A stretch of DNA of 64,000 nucleotides, from NCBI GenBank assembly GCA_041661865.1, contig JBAZTO010000016.1, positions 2,201-66,200 of the forward strand. Direction: 5' to 3'. This document shows positions 61,523-64,000 of the stretch, in pieces (positions within the stretch are counted from its first letter, which is position 1; every line of letters begins with the position of its first letter). The stretch comes from Phycisphaerae bacterium. GTDB taxonomy: Bacteria; Planctomycetota; Phycisphaerae; SM23-33. The notes under the pieces were generated by a model. That model was not told the origin of the DNA. It did no database searches and was given only the letters and a program-made list of their open reading frames with translations. A program made the position numbers and the translations under genes.

Positions 61523-63070
61523 ATGAAGCTATCTAACCTGGGCCTCTGCAATATCGCCACCTGCCGCGCAAGGGTGCCCGCCGAGTTCTTTTTCCGCGAC
61601 AATCAGGTCTGGATTCGGAAGATTTGCCCCACCTGCGGCCCCAGCGAGTCGCTGGTCAGTTCAGACGCGGGCGTCTGGCAGGCCAAGCGGGACCTGTGGC
61701 AGTACGTTCCCACGGACCCTGAAGTCTGCACCCTCAACTGCGACCGGTGCGGCAAAGACCACAAGCCCAACATGGTCTTCCTGGACGTCACCAACCACTG
61801 CAACATGAACTGCCCCATCTGCATCGCCACGATTCGCGGCATGGGCTTCGACTTCAACCCGCCGCTGTCGTATTTCGAGAAGATCTTCGCTGAACTGGGC
61901 CGGATGCAGCCCCAGCCGGTCGTCCAGCTCTTCGGCGGGGAGCCCACCATGCGAGAGGATCTGCTGGAGATCATCGCCATCGCCAAGAAGAATGGCCTCA
62001 GGCCGCACGTCGTCACCAACGGCCTTCGCCTGGCCGACGAGGAGTACTGCCGCAAGCTGTGCGAGGCCAAGGTTCCCATGCGATTCGCCTTTGACGGGCG
62101 CAGCGCGGACATCTATGAGCGCCTGCGCAACAACCGCGGCGCCTACGACAAGAAGATGAAGGCCCTGGAGAACCTCAAGAAGCACAGCCGGCGGAGGCAC
62201 GCCATCATTGCCTGCGCGGCCTGGGGCATCAACGACCATCTTATCGGGGACATGTTCCAATATTGCCATGACAACCGGGATCTGATCTCCGATGTCGGCA
62301 TCATCCCGCTGACGGAAAACTGGGAGCCCGGCACCTTTGACGCCGCCAAGACCACCACCATGGAAGATGTCGAGAAGATGGTCCAGCAGGCCATCCCCGG
62401 CGGAGAGGTGGAGTTTATCCCGGCAGGATTGGCTTACGCCCTGAAGAAGCCGCGGTCGTTCTTCCGCGCCAACCCGCGATCCGAGGTGCTCCTGCTGGCC
62501 GGCGTGCACCCCAACTGCGAGGCGATGACCTTGCTGATCTCCGACGGCAAGGCCTACCGCGGCATCAACCACTATCTGACCAAGCCCTTCAGCCAGGTGG
62601 CCGTGGAGTGCGCAACCCTGTGCAGGAAGATCGAGCCCAAACTCGACCGCCTGGATCCCACAAAATACTGGCAACGTCTGCGCGGGCGGATGTTGCTCAT
62701 CCGGACCCTCGGGCCGTGGGTGCTGCGTACCATCCGGTTCGGGCGATTGTGGGGCAATCCGATCACGGCCGTGGTCAAGCCCCTCGTCGCCCGGCTGCGC
62801 CGCAAGTATGGCGAGCATTCCGCCAACCGCCTCCCACGGCGAATCCTCCGCGTCGGCATGCTGCCCTTCGAGGAACAACATTCGGTCGATGCCGCCCGCA
62901 TGGAGAACTGCAAGGCCGTCTTTGCCTACGAAGACGTCGATGACGGCAAGGTCAAGTACATCCCGGCCTGTCTGTGGTATCCCTACCGCAACGCGTTCCT
63001 GGAGAAACTGTCGACAAAGTACGGTGTGGCCGGCAAGAAGTCCGCGGCGCCGTCGCCCGCCTCCGTCTGA
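61523..63070 (+). CDS. Radical SAM enzyme of the MJ0619/Tes (tetraether lipid synthase)/Mss family
   Basis: N-terminal C-x4-C...K.CPTCG metal site; C-x3-C-x2-C-x3-H; DVTNHCNMNCPIC (SAM cluster); GGEPT, TNG, FDG; HPNC; D..R...C...G...IPAC C-terminal motif. Confidence 0.8.
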   Translation: MKLSNLGLCNIATCRARVPAEFFFRDNQVWIRKICPTCGPSESLVSSDAGVWQAKRDLWQYVPTDPEVCTLNCDRCGKDHKPNMVFLDVTNHCNMNCPICIATIRGMGFDFNPPLSYFEKIFAELGRMQPQPVVQLFGGEPTMREDLLEIIAIAKKNGLRPHVVTNGLRLADEEYCRKLCEAKVPMRFAFDGRSADIYERLRNNRGAYDKKMKALENLKKHSRRRHAIIACAAWGINDHLIGDMFQYCHDNRDLISDVGIIPLTENWEPGTFDAAKTTTMEDVEKMVQQAIPGGEVEFIPAGLAYALKKPRSFFRANPRSEVLLLAGVHPNCEAMTLLISDGKAYRGINHYLTKPFSQVAVECATLCRKIEPKLDRLDPTKYWQRLRGRMLLIRTLGPWVLRTIRFGRLWGNPITAVVKPLVARLRRKYGEHSANRLPRRILRVGMLPFEEQHSVDAARMENCKAVFAYEDVDDGKVKYIPACLWYPYRNAFLEKLSTKYGVAGKKSAAPSPASV

Positions 63071-63103
63071 GATCGCCAATCACCCAAAGGAGGTTATGGC
63101 ATA

Positions 63104-63727
63104 ATGTTCTCGCCCAGAGCATTCATCGGCCTTGTATTGCTTAGCGCCCTGTTGCCGGCCTGCGGACAAGGCGAGTCATCACACAAGAGCACAGCGGTCA
63201 TCGCTGAGCAGTTGTTCGCAGCCAAATCGCCCATGCTCCAGAAGCCAGCGCCCGATTTCACGCTGATGGACCCGAACAACAAGCCGGTTACTTTGAGCGC
63301 CCTGCGCGGCAAGTGGGTGGTACTCTACTTCTATCCGTCGGAGGACACGCCGCCCTGCGTCTGCGACGCCACGGAGTTCACCAAGACGCTTGCCGATCTG
63401 CGTGGCCTACAGGCCGAGGTCTACGGTATCAATCCGGATACGCCCCAGGCCCATCAAGCCTTGGTAACAGCCTACGCCCTCGAACTCAGACTACTGAGCG
63501 ATCCGGACCACCAGGTGGCCCAGCAGTATGGCGCATGGCTACAGACAACCTTGGACGGCGGTGCTTACGGCCGGGTCATCCGCGGCACCGTGATCGTCGA
63601 TCCACAAGGGATGGTCCTTCAGCATTGGCCGGAGGTAGTGCCGCTGGGACACGCTCAGCGCGTCAAAACTAAACTGGCTGAACTTCAGGCCCAATCGCCC
63701 CGGCTACGGGATGAGAACGAAAAGTGA
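63104..63727 (+). CDS. Peroxiredoxin (BCP/PrxQ-like), predicted lipoprotein
   Basis: LLPAC lipobox; APDFTL; GKWVVLYFYPSEDTPPC (PxxxTxxC); VYGINPD; LLSD; R.TVIVD..G. Confidence 0.88.
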   Translation: MFSPRAFIGLVLLSALLPACGQGESSHKSTAVIAEQLFAAKSPMLQKPAPDFTLMDPNNKPVTLSALRGKWVVLYFYPSEDTPPCVCDATEFTKTLADLRGLQAEVYGINPDTPQAHQALVTAYALELRLLSDPDHQVAQQYGAWLQTTLDGGAYGRVIRGTVIVDPQGMVLQHWPEVVPLGHAQRVKTKLAELQAQSPRLRDENEK

Positions 63728-63977
63728 TCTCCACCTGGCCTGACGCATAACGGACAAGCCCGGCCGCAAGACCTCAATCCGCTAAACACGCCCCGACAGC
63801 CCGCTCGCGCGGACAGGTCCAGAGCCCATCGGCGTGTGCGGCCACGATAGCCGCTGAGGAGGCGGAGGCGGTCGGTTTTCATCTGCAACCACAGGTCGCT
63901 CGGTGCCCCCGCCGCCGGCGGCGACAACCGAGTCCGGCCGGTCAAAGCAGTCTAAGTTTGGATAATGACATTGGGCC

Positions 63978-64000
63978 GGGTGGCGCAGGCTTTCCAGCCT
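63978..64000. repeat. Start of another GGTGGC(A/G)CAGGCTTTCCAGCCT REP-like unit (truncated by the window end)
   Basis: GGGTGGCGCAGGCTTTCCAGCCT matches 16367-16390 and 20617-20640. Confidence 0.7.

Noticed and set aside
57770-63727. Selenoproteins among the redox genes
   Set aside because: All active-site positions are Cys codons in uninterrupted ORFs; no in-frame TGA read-through is needed.

Overview
High-GC bacterial window with no rRNA, CRISPR array or integrase. It most likely comes from a Planctomycetota, class Phycisphaerae-like genome; this is inferred from PTTQP/ATQP-type linkers, DUF1570/DUF1573/DUF6785-type proteins and characteristic intergenic palindromes. (1) 1-18.8 kb, minus strand: a near-complete type IVa/MSHA-like pilus cluster. 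It holds two tandem major pilins, PilV/PilW/PilX/FimU-like minor pilins, PilMNO, an MshK/PilP-like protein, a secretin, a TPR lipoprotein (frameshifted), PilB, PilT and PilC. A signalling cassette (PAS histidine kinase, receiver, PocR-GAF-HD-GYP, STAS) sits inside it, and PilX is fused to a LamG lectin-fold domain. (2) 19.5-20.6 kb: a stand-alone homolog of Neisseria MafA, then tRNA-Asn. (3) 21-38 kb: glycan-use genes (AraC, Gfo/Idh/MocA, FG-GAP, GH4, GH29-like, DUF6785 membrane protein, beta-helix enzyme, GH78, CstA, TIM-barrel isomerase) around tRNA-Val. (4) 38-52 kb: PilZ, GT-C glycosyltransferases, argS, rsfS, a long divergent membrane pyrophosphatase, rpsU, purC, CobS-like, eda and a PEP-CTERM pectate lyase. 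(5) 53-64 kb: a DUF1570 pair, a lipoprotein with a 29-residue-periodic collagen rod and an OmpA-like domain, an orphan gcvH, and an envelope thiol-redox cluster (CcdA/DsbD-like, two thioredoxins, peroxiredoxin) containing a radical SAM enzyme of the tetraether/membrane-spanning lipid synthase (MJ0619/Tes/Mss) family. Several families of REP/MITE-like palindromic elements occupy intergenic spaces. All family assignments come from motif recognition by eye; no database searches were run.
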